Shown: positions 1 through 12,631 of the stretch, one piece after another | Layout: every line of letters begins with the position of its first letter | Numbering within the stretch: the stretch's first letter is position 1 | Origin: Priapulus caudatus | Lineage: Eukaryota | DNA: 34,526 nucleotides | Direction of reading: 5' to 3' | Assembly: GCF_000485595.1 (NCBI RefSeq) | Contig: NW_014577088.1 | Location: forward strand, 582,947-617,472 | Notes under the pieces: generated by a model | What the model was told of the DNA's origin: nothing | The model's database searches: none | The model's input: only the letters and a program-made list of their open reading frames with translations | Translations under genes and position numbers: made by a program

Positions 1-534
1 TCAAGCAACAACGGTAGGCATCTTGAGAGTGAGAATAAACACTAAAAAACGCTGAAAAAAACTCGCAATGATCGCTTTAATTTAGCTCCAAGAAATGGTC
101 ATACCTCAAAAGTCTATTTCAAACTTTTGCTGTAGATAAAACGTGTAGTTGGCTGAGACTTCAAACATTGTCAATGTTAGCGAGACATGCTATAGCTCAA
201 TTGAATCATTAAACCCCTGCTTTCTTGCAGTAACTTGGCACTACTTAATTATCAAGCTATACCTTATTTTATGAGACAAATGAAATCAAAACAATGTCAT
301 GGTTGCTATTTTTGCCTTGCTCAGTTTGGAAACCAAACAATGGTGATATTAGAAAAGGCAAGCATGTGGCGTCATCATGTGATTAGCGTTTTTATTTCAC
401 TTAATTATCTCATGTTTTAGGTAATTGTAGACAGGAAAGAAAGGTAGAAGTACTAATAACGACGCTGGAATAATATAAAAATGTGATAAGAAACAAGTCG
501 AAATATAAATGATAATTATTTTATTTGAGATATA

Positions 535-895
535 CAGGGCCTGAAACTAACGCTCGCCCACTCACTCGAGGTTCGTGGAAATCCATAAGGGCTAGTAGCA
601 TGTCTTGGCTGACCAGCCCTGCTGGCAAGTGCTGGTGATGCAACTGATCCCATCTGATTTAAGTATAAAATGTGTGTGTGCAAACATCAATTTTATCACT
701 AAATTTGAGCAGGCATACCCCGACAGACCCACCCATGCGTATAATCCTCCTGTGAGATGCTAACTGCTCACCATGGCAGTTCAGCACCACACACCAGATA
801 ATTCAGGGCTGGTAGACATCGTTAAGGGTTGTTAGATTTAAACAGATGTCTATCCCTAATGGCTAGGGAAGGTTTTAGGTTATTTTCAAGCCATG
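535..895. mobile_element. Putative hAT-type MITE (degenerate)
   Basis: Imperfect TIRs: CAGGGCCTGAAACTAAC at 535 versus reverse complement of the right end CATGGCTTGAAAATAAC (ending 895). Flanking 8-mers GAGATATA / GATATACA match 6 of 8, compatible with a decayed 8-bp TSD. CAGGG terminus is typical of hAT elements. Confidence 0.5.
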
Positions 896-1087
896 GATAT
901 ACATAGTTTTGTGGTGCCAAGTGATCGGAAATTGGCAGAGCTTCTCTGATGTAAAAATGTAAAAATCTGCTGTCCAGTGGCAGTGCCAAAAAGCTCAATT
1001 TTTTTCCCTATACCTGAATCTTGAGTGCAATACATTACCTTCCTTGTTGTCGCTCTGTTTTGGCCAAAGTGGTATAACTCGGACGTG

Positions 1088-1150
1088 ATCAGTCCATTTG
1101 GTCAGTCCTATTGGTCAGTCCATTTGGTCAATTTTATTGGTCAGTCCTAT
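1088..1150. repeat. Short 13-bp tandem repeat (GGTCAGTCCWWTT-like), about 5 copies
   Basis: Repeated ggtcagtccattt / ggtcagtcctatt seen directly. Confidence 0.75.
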
Positions 1151-2404
1151 GCTGGTATTTCCATACATGCATCATGTATGCATGTGTTGTATTCACATGG
1201 CTTTCCGATCGAAAAATTGATTTTTGCCAAAGCCAAGGAATGATAGAAATGGCACACAACAAAAATGGCCTTGTACAAGCTCACTGCTTTTCACTTGAAT
1301 TATTTTGTAAAGATATCATAAGATTACTGATCATTGTGCCAAAAGCTTAGGAAACTCTTAGAACAGGAAGAGGTTAGTTTCACAAGTTTAGCTTTGCTCA
1401 ATGCAAGTAACAACAACATTGAATTAATGTGAGTGGATATAGCTGCATACTGCTCAATTGTGAAAGATAGCCTTATTTAATAGTCATGTGTAGCAGGATG
1501 ATGTTATATCTATGGAGTGTCCTGCCCACGTAACGCTACTAGCTATATGTACTCAATGCACGCAGATTGACATCTGGAATCTTGCACGTACATGTGATTC
1601 CTCATCAAGAAATGGCGTGCTCTTCAGACTGATGTACATGCAATTTCAAGAAAATGCATAATTTTGTATTTAAAGTTGACTATAATAGTTTCTTTCAAGT
1701 TCCTAATGTTGGGTGTCCTTCATGACATGAAATGTACATTCCTAATTTTTATCTGCTACTATATATCTACCTGTGCACAGTGCACACTCACATACACAAA
1801 CACACATGCAGGAGTAGAAATTAACTTTTGAACAAGGGAATCCAACGGACTCCCTGCCTTCAAAAAGAGGGAGTCTGCAGCAAAATGAGGGAGTCCGCAA
1901 TCTGAAGTTCAAGACTAAAGATAAAACAATAACGCATGTGCTTATTTTGAAGATTCATGCAGTTGCACGTCTGCCAAATTTTCTTTGGACATTTGCTGAA
2001 AAAATACGGTAATTCCGCGAGGCCGTGCTCTGGAACGAACTAGTTAGTATATAGCAGAATTTTCAGGGAGTCACTCATCGCTTCTGATTCAGTTATTATT
2101 GTTATATAAAGTGATGGTTCTAGTAAAGACCATGGGTATTTTCATTACACATGTATGTATATATATACATATTATTGGATTAGTCTCACTGTTAAGAATT
2201 CGTGTAGGTGCAATACAGATGGCCATTATCAGTGTGTATTCTCACACAAGAAAACCAAGATGGCCATGTGTGTTGTCCCTCCTTCTCTCCCCACTGGCCC
2301 TCTCTAATTTGTTTTCTTTTTCCTTTTCGGTCCCTTTCTCTCTCTCTCTCTCCCACCCTTCTCTCCCTGTTTTGCTATCGTGCTTACGTTTACTGCCTGT
2401 ACAT

Positions 2405-2622
2405 GTGTACCTGTAGTATTACCTGTAGTATTACTTCAATGTAGTATTACGTGTAGTATTACGTGTAGTATTACGTGTAGTATTATCTGTAGTATTACCT
2501 GTAGTATTACGTGTAGTATTACGTGTAGTATTATCTGTAGTATTACCTGTAGTATTACGTGTAGTATTACGTGTAGTATTACGTGTAGTATTATCTGTAG
2601 TATTACCTGTAGTATTACCTGT
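2405..2622. repeat. 12-bp minisatellite (GTAGTATTACST), about 17 copies
   Basis: Seen directly; it generates the CSIT and NTTR pseudo-ORFs. Confidence 0.95.
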
Positions 2623-2704
2623 GCCTATTAACAATATAACTCGCTGTTTGCTACCAAATATGAATTTGCATGTTCAGGTTGAGTAGAATAATACATCATT
2701 CACG

Positions 2705-2735
<31 letters not shown>

Positions 2736-2752
2736 TTTAAATTTTCTAATTA

Positions 2753-3184
2753 CAGTCCGACCTCCTTTATCCGCCATCCGTTATCCGGAAATCTATATAA
2801 TCGGCCGTGATCTCGCAGTGTATGTTCTCTGTTTTTCATTCATTTCCACCTAAAAATCTTGCTCAAAACTCGCGCGATGTACCAATCGTACGTATGTTTG
2901 CGTACATGTGCGCGGGCGTGTGTGTGTGTGTTGTCCACTCGTGTCCGCTATGCCTCTGGTAAAGTTTCTGTTTTATTTCATTTTATTTCCATTTGATATA
3001 TATACGATAAAACACGACAGTTTGTTACAAATAATCATAGCAACGAGTAAATACATTATCACATGCATAAACCCTACTGAACTGCATAGAAATGCTGTGT
3101 TTGAGCATAACTCTCATATCTGGTCAAATCCCATATCCGGATGGGTACTTTATCTGGCGTGGCCGGATAAAGGAGGTCGGACTG
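2753..3184. mobile_element. Tc1/mariner-superfamily (pogo/Tigger-like) MITE, 432 bp
   Basis: Perfect 21-bp TIRs CAGTCCGACCTCCTTTATCCG / CGGATAAAGGAGGTCGGACTG, flanked by TA at 2751-2752 and 3185-3186. No transposase ORF. Confidence 0.9.
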
Positions 3185-6100
3185 TACCTATTTTTATGGA
3201 TGTGCAATGACAGTGTTGACTATTTGGGTTATGTTGTTACAATTTAAGGTTTAGATAGGTGGAATAAATGAATTTATTATCAGGCATGTGGGTTTTTGGA
3301 AAAAATATATGGCCATTGGCCAGGGCATTTAGAACACATTAGACAGGGTTAGAAGAGACCTGTGCCTGGCTGCCAGAGGCAGAGCATATGTGCTTGGCAT
3401 CAGCCAAATGTAAAATATTTTTAGTTAACATTTTTGCATGTTTTGCCTCAACTGTGGTGCCTCAACTCAAGCACTGTAAATTAGTTGCTCAGGGTTGGAA
3501 AATGAAAATCGAAGTGAGTTATACTTATAGCAACGTTACTTATTTCCCACTGGCATCTGTTGAACACATGCAGGCAGGATGCAGGCACGTGTATAATGTA
3601 CACCAGAGCTAACAAAACAAATTGTAAAGGTCCAGATACTTGCCGGGAAAACAGGGTTTTGGTCATGTATGATTCACATGAATTACCATTCAACAGTGGC
3701 ATGTTTAATTTTAAAACATTGAATTAAACAATATAGTTAAAAACCTTAATGAACATATATATATGGATTTGGTATTTTACAGATTGAGATTCGGTCTGCC
3801 GTTTGAAGAAATATGTAAACCAAACATTCCTGCATCTCTTTTGGTAAGTTACCTTTGTTATGTATATATCATTAGGTAATTTATTATTTGTAGACATACT
3901 GTTCCATATATATGCATTGCTATAGGATTCTATATATAGATACACATATTGATTCATAAGAAGCCAATAGTGCTCTGTAATTAAAAATTAATATGCACTT
4001 TGGCAGGTGTGTGGATCTCCTGCTTTTTCTGCTGCATAATGATTTTTCTCCAGTAGTGAGGCAACATTCGTAGCCATACTGAGTAACTAACACTCCTCCT
4101 GGTGTTGCGTAGAAGATTCCATCAATATTTATACCCTTGTTGCTGAATGGTATTAGTTGAAGACATATATGCAGGTGTCAGCCAGAAAGCAATAACTATT
4201 TTGTTAGCTAAAGTTGTTGACAAACACACTGCACGCATGTGTGTACGTAAAGTAGAACTCGCAACAGCATTAAATTATGGTTTATTCTTAGTCGATTTGA
4301 AATCAGGGAAGCTCCTCGTCGGTCCGGTTTGCAGTATGTCGCTCCCGAAGTTTATAGCAGAGTGATCTGCATACTGCATGCAGGTTTATAATCGCTTCTG
4401 TTCGGTGTACACGCAGCATCGCCAAATACACATGTGCATGGTGAACAGACCTAGTTGGTAATAAACGTTACAGATTTGCTCAGTTTTCATATATATTCTA
4501 GCTCATCAGTTATGTTATTGCGCTGAACAAGAAATCTTATAAGGGTGGCCTAAGTAGTTGGCAGCTCCTATTGAGGCTATTCCGTGTGCGGGTATTTCAG
4601 TGTAGACTGTGTACAGCAGCTAGTTGGGCTACAGCAGTTCGGACCCCTAAGACGACTCGGCTGCATGACAAGCGGTGAAATAAAAGTGAAAATGCTACGT
4701 TCCCCACTAGATTTGCGAGAGGCACACATTGTGCTCTGATCTCCGCTACTTGTGTGCATGCACGCACATACATGCACGTAGCGGCGGGCGTACGCGTTAA
4801 GACCGACAGCTTTGCACTCACGTTAGCTCTCGTGAACTTGAGAGCTGGCCCACGTTTGTGTAACGGCATTGTAAGCCCGAGAAAAGCTTAGCTGCTAAGA
4901 GCCGGCAAGGTTAGTCGTCGGCCTGTTTTATGCGCGAAGTCGGCCTGGCTGTGGGCCCAGCGAGCGGTGGGTGCTGCTGCATGCTATTTGCTTCTTTTTA
5001 ACGTGGCAGTCGGTTAGAGAACCAGATCCTTAAAACGATCTACCCGCCGGCTGCGTGTTTTTGATTGTTGGAGGGATGGGAGGGAAAGGTATCAGATGCC
5101 TGCAACTAAAACCCCCAGCAACTCCTTCCAGATGTGAGTGAATCGTCTTGTAATTGCTTCAAACTCAGGGTAAGGGGCTGGTAAGGCTGCGCGCGTGTAC
5201 AGTACAAGTCGCACCCACGCATACAGCCGCTAATGGGTATGTGCGGTCGCTTGCTGAACAAGTGAGTGCACCCACCGGAATAGAAGGCACTCGCTGTATT
5301 GTTCCAGAGAATTTCCTAGACAATAGAATTATCTGCCTGCACCTATCCATGCATGCATGTGCTATTTAGCTGGTCGTTATACTGGCGCACAAGTTGTGTT
5401 TGTCTGCACGCATAATTATTTTAAATCCAGTCTCCTTATATTAAAATTTAAATTCGTTTATTATACGTTTATAAGACTTACTATACATGAATTATTCTAA
5501 GCGCACGTTTATTTCAATGTCTGCTGTTACATGTCCAGGCTCCTTGAAGAATCTTTTGAAGATCCTTTATCCCAATCTACATCGATCATGCTGATTTTAT
5601 GATTTCGATCTCGTTATGTATGCTATGGCTGAACCTGCCTTATTTTCACAAGGATTAGATTTTTTAGAACTTGTGATGTAACCTACACTAAGCCTACTGA
5701 CAAACTCGCATTTTCTCAGCTGCATAATTCTCTAACTTTCTTTCTGATTCTTTTTTTCGCGCACATATTTTGCTTCCCAAAAGCATTCCAGCGAAAAGTT
5801 TACCTAATGGTTTATTTGCACGCGAATGACTGTTTGTGTGCTTGCCACACGGCGTTTCCACGAATGCGGAATTCTTGGTGAGAACGGCTACGAACCTAGT
5901 TGCTGATTGCTAGCTTGTGCTCTGGCACGCAAAGGTTTAAACGAAGATTTGGCAGTTTTTAACCACTACGTTAGCACAGCGCTAATGCACGTGTTGTGAC
6001 CCATCTTGGTCACCATATTCAGAATTAAGTATTTTATACCCCTAAAAAAGCAATTGACCAACACACTCCGGTTACCCTACTTTGTTGGGTTAAGTTATTA

Positions 6101-7775
6101 TGTCTGCACTTTGAATTGTTGTTTTACTGGGCCAAACAGATATATATATAGCTGGGATACTCCAAATTCAACTTGTTTTCTTTAAGGTTATTTTATAGCC
6201 AATTTTAAGCCTATCAGGAGCAGTGTTGAATATAATTCACCTCGAATAAAACATTTTTAGCGTCGGTGGTTACTGTTTTACTGTTTTGGAATATCGCTAA
6301 TTCTGATTGGCTAATACCTGCTATAATATTCCCCTATAATATTAAATCGGCAGGTAACTTGGTGTGATTTGGCTCATACAAGAAGTGGTATGGTCGTTTA
6401 GCAAATGATGGTAATGTAATGGTGGTAAGAAATAAACCGTAAATATCTGTGGTTGTTTGAACATCAACGCGGGATATCCGGCTGCCAGGTTGACCGGTGC
6501 TCCGATGCTTTCCGGCAGAGTTCAAGGCGACTATAGTATACGGTGCAGTGTCGATCATCAGTGATGCTAAGCGATTGCACGGAAGCCGATCGCTGTTTAT
6601 CGCCGTGGTTATAATATTTACATGCAGTGCTAAGCGGGTTCGGTGAGGAAAAAATACCCCGTTTTACCCAATGTTCGTCTCCATCTCGATGGCTTGCTGC
6701 ACATCTGCCTGTATATTACTGCAGTACCGTGTCTTTGGCTTATAGACGGAGATAGCTGGACCTTGGTGATGAGTGTGCTGAGTCACACTTGGGGCACAGA
6801 GTCCAAACGCCAACATGTTACGGCACCAGAAATTTAAAGTTCATACTTCAATTCACCGAGGTTATGTTAGTCATTGCAATTATAAACAAGTTTTGGATTT
6901 GCTGAAGTTTGTTATTTAGCGTAACTTTTGTAACAGCAGTAAATCAGAGGTATTATTAACGCGTTTAATGATAGATGGTTTTAATACACAGGTCCTAAAT
7001 ATATGATAGCAGTTCTTGCGATCAGTCACCGTGCTGTATTGCTTGTATAAACATGTACACGTAATAGCGCAAAGATTTTTGAAAGCATGTCTCTATGTTT
7101 TCTAAATATGCACCACATGTGATGGTGTTTAACAAGGCGCAGACAGACACTCCTGTACTCCTGTACCAGATTGTGCTAGGCTGAGCACCTTCGATGCTGG
7201 AATCAACATAAGTCTATCCACAAAAAAACAATACACCCAGAGCATCAAGCAAATAATTAAGAGCATATTAAGTATGTGTACTCAGGCCCTACTTAATACG
7301 CTCTTGAAATAATCAAACAAATTAACACAAGTAGAACATATATATTCTGTATTTAATGTGCTGTCTGCCACCAAGCAGGAATTTCTTCATCCTAATTCCT
7401 ATATTCTTTTGCCGTCTGACTGATACTTTCATAAAACTAATTTGCATCTATATAAAAACGCTTGCAGTTAATGAGTGACATATCATTCATGGTGTTTATG
7501 CGTGAATAAAGATGAGCTATTCCGCTTTAGTAAGAACTGATGACTTCAGCACCTGGGATTAGCGCACACACTGTGAATGTGTGGCCCAATTTCTGCAGCT
7601 CGATCAAGTGTCAAGATCACGCGAATTTTTAGCTGGGCTATTTTCTCAAATGATTGCGTAGCTGATGTAAAGTATATAATTCTCACCTGCTGACTTCGCG
7701 TTAACACCTCAGTGAGTCAGTGCAGCCAACTTCTCTCTGCTGTTGCACCTGTCAGACATGTGTTTACTTATGCAG

Positions 7776-7937
7776 GTGCTGATACTGAAGATCACGGCGG
7801 AAGGTCCGCACAAGAAGGAGGTTTTTCGAGCGCCCGGCAACCAGAACAGCGTGAAGCAGTTGATGCGCATTCTGAGGAATGGCAAGAGCGCCAATCTACA
7901 GGACTACTCCGTTCACACAGTTGCCTCACTGCTGAAG
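7776..7937 (+). CDS. RhoGAP102A: RhoGAP gene, first identifiable exon (N-terminal part of the GAP domain with the arginine finger)
   Basis: ttatgcag| VLILKITAEGPHKKEVFRAPGNQNSVKQLMRILRNGKSANLQDYSVHTVASLLK |gtaggt; 162 nt, phase 0/0. Contains the FRxPG arginine finger and the HxVASLLK RhoGAP motif. Subfamily assignment is from recalled similarity to insect RhoGAP102A, not from a search. Upstream exons were not found in the window. Confidence 0.9.
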
Positions 7938-8228
7938 GTAGGTCTCAGTCGCCTCGTAGCTGAAGGTGGGTCTCAGTCACCTCGCTGCTGAAGGTGGGTC
8001 TCAGTCACCTCGCTGCTGAAGGTAGGTCTCAGTCGCCTCACTGCTGAAGGTAGGTCTCAGTTGCCTCGCTGCTGAAGGTAGGTCTCAGTTGCCTCGCTGC
8101 TGAAGGTAGGTCTCAGTCGCCTCGTAGCTGAAGGTGGGTCTCAGTCGCCTCGTAGCTGAAGGTGGGTCTCAGTTGCCTCGCTGCTGAAGGTAGGTCTCAG
8201 TCGTCTCGCTGCTGAAGGTGGGTCTCAG
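7918..8228 (+). repeat. 28-bp minisatellite, 11 copies, spanning the exon/intron junction
   Basis: Unit cagtygcctcrct-gctgaag-gtrggtct; GCTGAAG recurs every 28 nt from 7931 to 8211. The first copy is the exon 3' end plus its donor site. Confidence 0.95.
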
Positions 8229-8712
8229 CCATCTCGGCTGTCGTGCGAGCCATCTATGTTGTTCTCCACGTGCTGCCTGTGTTTCTTGTCCTGTCAGCGT
8301 GTGCAAATCTATGAGGGATATTGTCTATGGTCTGACCTTCGTGTGTAGGTCAGTGATAATTGGTCGAGTAGTTGGAGGGATTTCCAATCCTCGACCGAAT
8401 ATCCACATACGTTATCGGAGTTAAATCCTAACCGGTTATAGCTACACTGTTAAATTTTTATCGCGTGATCGCCACGGTTGTGGGACGCATAGCATATCCC
8501 TCGGGTTTCCATCCCTGCTTACCAAGATTCTAATTCAAACGTCCTCGCAGTCACGTATGTGCGTGCGCGCTTGCGTTCACCAGTCATGTGTACGTGCACA
8601 ATCACCCATGCGTTACGTAAGTAATGCGTTCCAGAGAAAAAACGCTCGTATCGCGAAAATCCATAACGTGAATCATGTTTTCTGAATGACTGCCATATCA
8701 TAATTATTATAA

Positions 8713-9200
8713 TTACCTCCGCCAAGGAGGTTTGTTTTCGCCCCTGTTCGTTTGTTTTTTACCTCCGCCAAGGAGGGTATGTTTTCGCCCCTGTTAGTTT
8801 GTTTGTTGGTTTGTTTATTGGTTTGTCTGTCAACACGATATGTAAAAAAAATACGGACGGATTTTGATGAATTTTTTTTGGACGGGTTGGTCTTGAGCCA
8901 ACAACCAATCGATTAGATTTTGGTGGTGATCCGGATCCAGATCTGGATCCAGGATTTTTTATATATTTTTATTTTTTTTGTGGAGAAACTTCGGACGCAT
9001 TCAAAATTCATAAAAAATCATTGATCTATTTTTCTTCAAATTTTTTTTAAATGTTATCAAACTCTATATTGGGTGTACCAGCAAGATGGTGGGGGGGACT
9101 GTTACGCTGTGGCGGCGTGCGCCTTGCCGCGGAATTGCGCGCAAGATCTGCGCTTATAGCGCTTGGGATCAACACCTCCTTTCGGCAACGCTTCTCTAGT
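8713..9200 (+). mobile_element. Non-autonomous Helentron-associated (HINE/DINE-1-like) element with duplicated 5' end; partial internal copy follows at about 9214-9305
   Basis: Begins TTACCTCCGCCAAGGAGG (repeated at about 8759), followed by a (GTTT/GTCT) tract and a GATCCGGATCCAGATCTGGATC palindromic core, and ends CTCTAGT. This architecture is typical of this element class. Confidence 0.65.
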
Positions 9201-9312
9201 ATCCCGTCTCATCTGGACGGGTTGGTCTTGGGCCAAGAACCAATCGATTAGATTTTGGTGGTGATCCGAATCCAGATCTGGATCAACGAATTTTTTGAAG
9301 GATTTCTCATCA

Positions 9313-9357
9313 GTCTGTCTGCCTGTCTGCCTGTCTGCCTGTCTGTCTGTCTGTCTG

Positions 9358-9446
<89 letters not shown>
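9313..9446. repeat. (CTGT/CCTG)n followed by (TG)n microsatellite running into a gap
   Basis: Seen directly. Confidence 0.95.
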
Positions 9447-10020
9447 NNNNNNNNNNNNNNNNNNNNNNNNNNNNNNNNNNNNNNNNNNNNNNNNNNNNNN
9501 NNNNNNNNNNNNNNNNNNNNNNNNNNNNNNNNNNNNNNNNNNNNNNNNNNNNNNNNNNNNNNNNNNNNNNNNNNNNNNNNNNNNNNNNNNNNNNNNNNNN
9601 NNNNNNNNNNNNNNNNNNNNNNNNNNNNNNNNNNNNNNNNNNNNNNNNNNNNNNNNNNNNNNNNNNNNNNNNNNNNNNNNNNNNNNNNNNNNNNNNNNNN
9701 NNNNNNNNNNNNNNNNNNNNNNNNNNNNNNNNNNNNNNNNNNNNNNNNNNNNNNNNNNNNNNNNNNNNNNNNNNNNNNNNNNNNNNNNNNNNNNNNNNNN
9801 NNNNNNNNNNNNNNNNNNNNNNNNNNNNNNNNNNNNNNNNNNNNNNNNNNNNNNNNNNNNNNNNNNNNNNNNNNNNNNNNNNNNNNNNNNNNNNNNNNNN
9901 NNNNNNNNNNNNNNNNNNNNNNNNNNNNNNNNNNNNNNNNNNNNNNNNNNNNNNNNNNNNNNNNNNNNNNNNNNNNNNNNNNNNNNNNNNNNNNNNNNNN
10001 NNNNNNNNNNNNNNNNNNNN
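9447..10020. other. Assembly gap (N-run)
   Basis: N bases. Confidence 1.
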
Positions 10021-10126
10021 TCGTGTGTAGGTCAGTGATAATTGATCGAGTAGTTGGAGGGATTTCCAATCCTCGACCGAATATCCACATGGAAAACGCC
10101 AATTTTTGATTGGTTAAACCCGTTAA

Positions 10127-11045
10127 AGGAATAATAGGTCCATTGATTATGAAATGTTGACGAATGCTAGAGTAACTGGCACCTTGTGTAGTTAATAAGT
10201 ACATTACCTTATAGCCAAACGTGTATTAGTTTGTCCAATATCACTGCTGGTTACTAAGAAATGTCAGTTCAAGGATAGAGAACATAGGTCCCAATAAAAC
10301 CAATGTCATTTACATCAATATAAATATAATATTATATCAATATAATAGGTTAGAATTATGGTTAGGGTTATTGTTAGGGTTAGGTTTAGGGTTAAGGTTA
10401 GGGTTAGAATTAGGGTTAGGGTTAGGGTTAGGCACATTGGTTTTATTGGGACCCATGTTCTCTATCCTTGGGCCGTTAGGGCCAGGGTTAGAATTAGGGT
10501 TAGGGTTAGGCACATTGGTTTTATTGGGACCCATGTTCTCTATCCTTGGGCCGAAATGTCTAATTGAAATCCGCAGTCCAAGAAATCAGTTGACTAAGTT
10601 GTTTACAGTTTCCATGCAGTTTCAAACCGCTGGGTGTGATACAGATTTATAGTGCACGGACATTTTCGCACGCATGCTCGGCCATACGCAATGCTATCAT
10701 CAGTGATTACGTAAACACGGACGCTCGTGATAAGGAACTTTGTTTAGTCCGTGGCCATGGTTACATCGCTGACACCTCCATTTCAACTGGCATCCCGGTC
10801 CAAAACATATGGGCCGCACAAATGTTTACGTCATCGGCGACTTATCGCTCGACTCCTGGATGACATTTACGGCACGTAAATGAATATCAACAACCGATTT
10901 CAAGTCTTGCTTGTAATGTAACCAGCAGTGATATTGGACAAACTAATACGCATTAGGCTATAATGTTACGTACTTATTAACTACACAAGGTGCCAGTTAC
11001 TCTAGCATTCGTCAACATTCCATAATCAATGGACCTATTATTCCT
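10127..11045. mobile_element. TTAA-specific MITE (Kolobok/T2-like) with about 128-bp TIRs
   Basis: TTAA at 10123-10126 and 11046-11049; termini AGGAATAATAGGTCC... / ...GGACCTATTATTCCT. 10127-10254 is a near-perfect inverted copy of 10918-11045. TTAA|AGGRR is the known T2/Kolobok signature. Confidence 0.85.
10266..10552. mobile_element. Nested small TIR element carrying (TTAGGG)-like repeats, 8-bp TSD
   Basis: GAAATGTC at 10258-10265 and 10553-10560. About 37-bp inverted repeat CAAGGATAGAGAACATAGGTCCCAATAAAACCAATGT matches 10434-10470 and 10513-10549 (right end duplicated). Degenerate TTAGGG array at about 10349-10430 and 10476-10510. Confidence 0.75.
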
Positions 11046-11131
11046 TTAATCCTGTGAAGCGATAGTTTTCCTGTCGACTAGTAAAGTTAAACAATTGAGC
11101 TATGTTCAGTTGTGTAGATTGAATCAAATTA

Positions 11132-11223
11132 CTAGCCGGACACCTGGCCTTGCCCGGAAATTAAAGCTCTCAGTTGGTGACCACTTGGTTGAAAGAAAAA
11201 TACTCAAAAATATACATATCTAT
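11132..11223 (-). mobile_element. Helitron-like non-autonomous element, 3' end (remainder lost in gap)
   Basis: Minus strand ends ...CCGGGCAAGGCCAGGTGTCCGGCTAG|T (GC hairpin, CTAG, following T). 33/36 identical to the reverse complement of 13465-13500. Confidence 0.75.
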
Positions 11224-11550
11224 NNNNNNNNNNNNNNNNNNNNNNNNNNNNNNNNNNNNNNNNNNNNNNNNNNNNNNNNNNNNNNNNNNNNNNNNNNNNN
11301 NNNNNNNNNNNNNNNNNNNNNNNNNNNNNNNNNNNNNNNNNNNNNNNNNNNNNNNNNNNNNNNNNNNNNNNNNNNNNNNNNNNNNNNNNNNNNNNNNNNN
11401 NNNNNNNNNNNNNNNNNNNNNNNNNNNNNNNNNNNNNNNNNNNNNNNNNNNNNNNNNNNNNNNNNNNNNNNNNNNNNNNNNNNNNNNNNNNNNNNNNNNN
11501 NNNNNNNNNNNNNNNNNNNNNNNNNNNNNNNNNNNNNNNNNNNNNNNNNN
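11224..11550. other. Assembly gap (N-run)
   Basis: N bases. Confidence 1.
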
Positions 11551-12224
11551 TATGACTCTTCAAGAGGTACTGATTTGACGGCTTCGCCCGTTTATCTATC
11601 TGAGCGGATTCCTTCTGACATACTTATTGATGCGGAGCGCACCGGATACGGACGATACAACTCGTCCTAACCCTTGTTAATGCAGTACGATTAAACATTC
11701 TACAAGCTGCATAACTCGAGTCATGTCAGTAATTGTTGAGCTCACCTATAAAGCTGCATAGGAATTATATGTGATGCCATCACTCACTGACTGCCCGGTT
11801 GGGCCAGTTTTTCACTATAACTTTTTAGTGTAAAAGAGATACTGTTACCCTTGAAGATATTTTATCAGACGGTGAAAATGTGGGATATTGCTATCGCGGA
11901 GTATAAAGGCCCATGGTCAGAACTCGAGATATGCAGGTGTTTACCTGAGTCAACTGGTCTTCCTCGTATCAGTTTGATGAGTGTGGAACTGTATGTTGCT
12001 CCAAATATAATTTTACGGACTTGCGCGCTCGCCTGCCTGGCACGTTTGACAATGCGCATCTCGTGCTAGTCTGCAATGATACCACCTATCAAAATAGGCG
12101 ATTAACTTACGTGATAACATTCAAAGCAAGGTCAAGGAGGGGCGCGTGATCATCTATAATTCATGCGTCAGATAGCAGCACAGAGCAATAACAGGTACAT
12201 TTATTGTGTGCGAATTAATGTGCG

Positions 12225-12604
12225 TGGGCCGCGATCGCTGGCGATTAAATCGCCACGAATTTTAATCGCCGATCACGAAGGCGGCCACGTAGCGAATTTA
12301 ATCGGCACCGATTTAACATCACATGAATATCAACAACTACCGTCGATTGGTTTAGAAAAAATCGATCGGCGACAAAATGAACGCCGGAGCCACGGGCACA
12401 CGAAGCGAATTTGCCCAGCGTATAATAATGGCCGGCGTAATAATCGCCCCGAAATATCTAACATTTGTGGATACGCGGCGATTCGTGGCGGGCGATTAAA
12501 ATCGGGTCTGACGTGAAGACGGCCACACGGGCGAATTTTTTTGACGACGATTTTAAAATTCGTGGCGATCGGGCGATAAAAATCGCTCGTGTGCCCCTAC
12601 CTTT
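12225..12604. repeat. GC-rich segment with clustered GCGAT(W)nATCGC palindromic motifs, probable DNA-transposon remnant
   Basis: Multiple gcgattaaatcgc / gcgataaaaatcgc / ggcgattaaaatcgg motifs. No matching second terminus found. Confidence 0.4.
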
Positions 12605-12631
12605 ATCTTCACTATTTCTATTGAGACTTAC

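Noticed and set aside
1809..2075. Possible hAT MITE starting CAGGAGTAGAAATTAAC
   Set aside because: No matching right TIR or TSD could be identified.
4630..4755. Candidate upstream RhoGAP exon (QFGPL...SPLL|gt)
   Set aside because: In-frame TGA, weak donor and poor motif match. No convincing upstream exon was found in 1-7775.
10349..10510. True telomere or chromosome-fusion site
   Set aside because: The array is short, degenerate, in one orientation and enclosed by TIRs and a TSD.
10337..10652. PN-, VR- and GL-repeat ORFs
   Set aside because: Translations of TTAGGG repeats.
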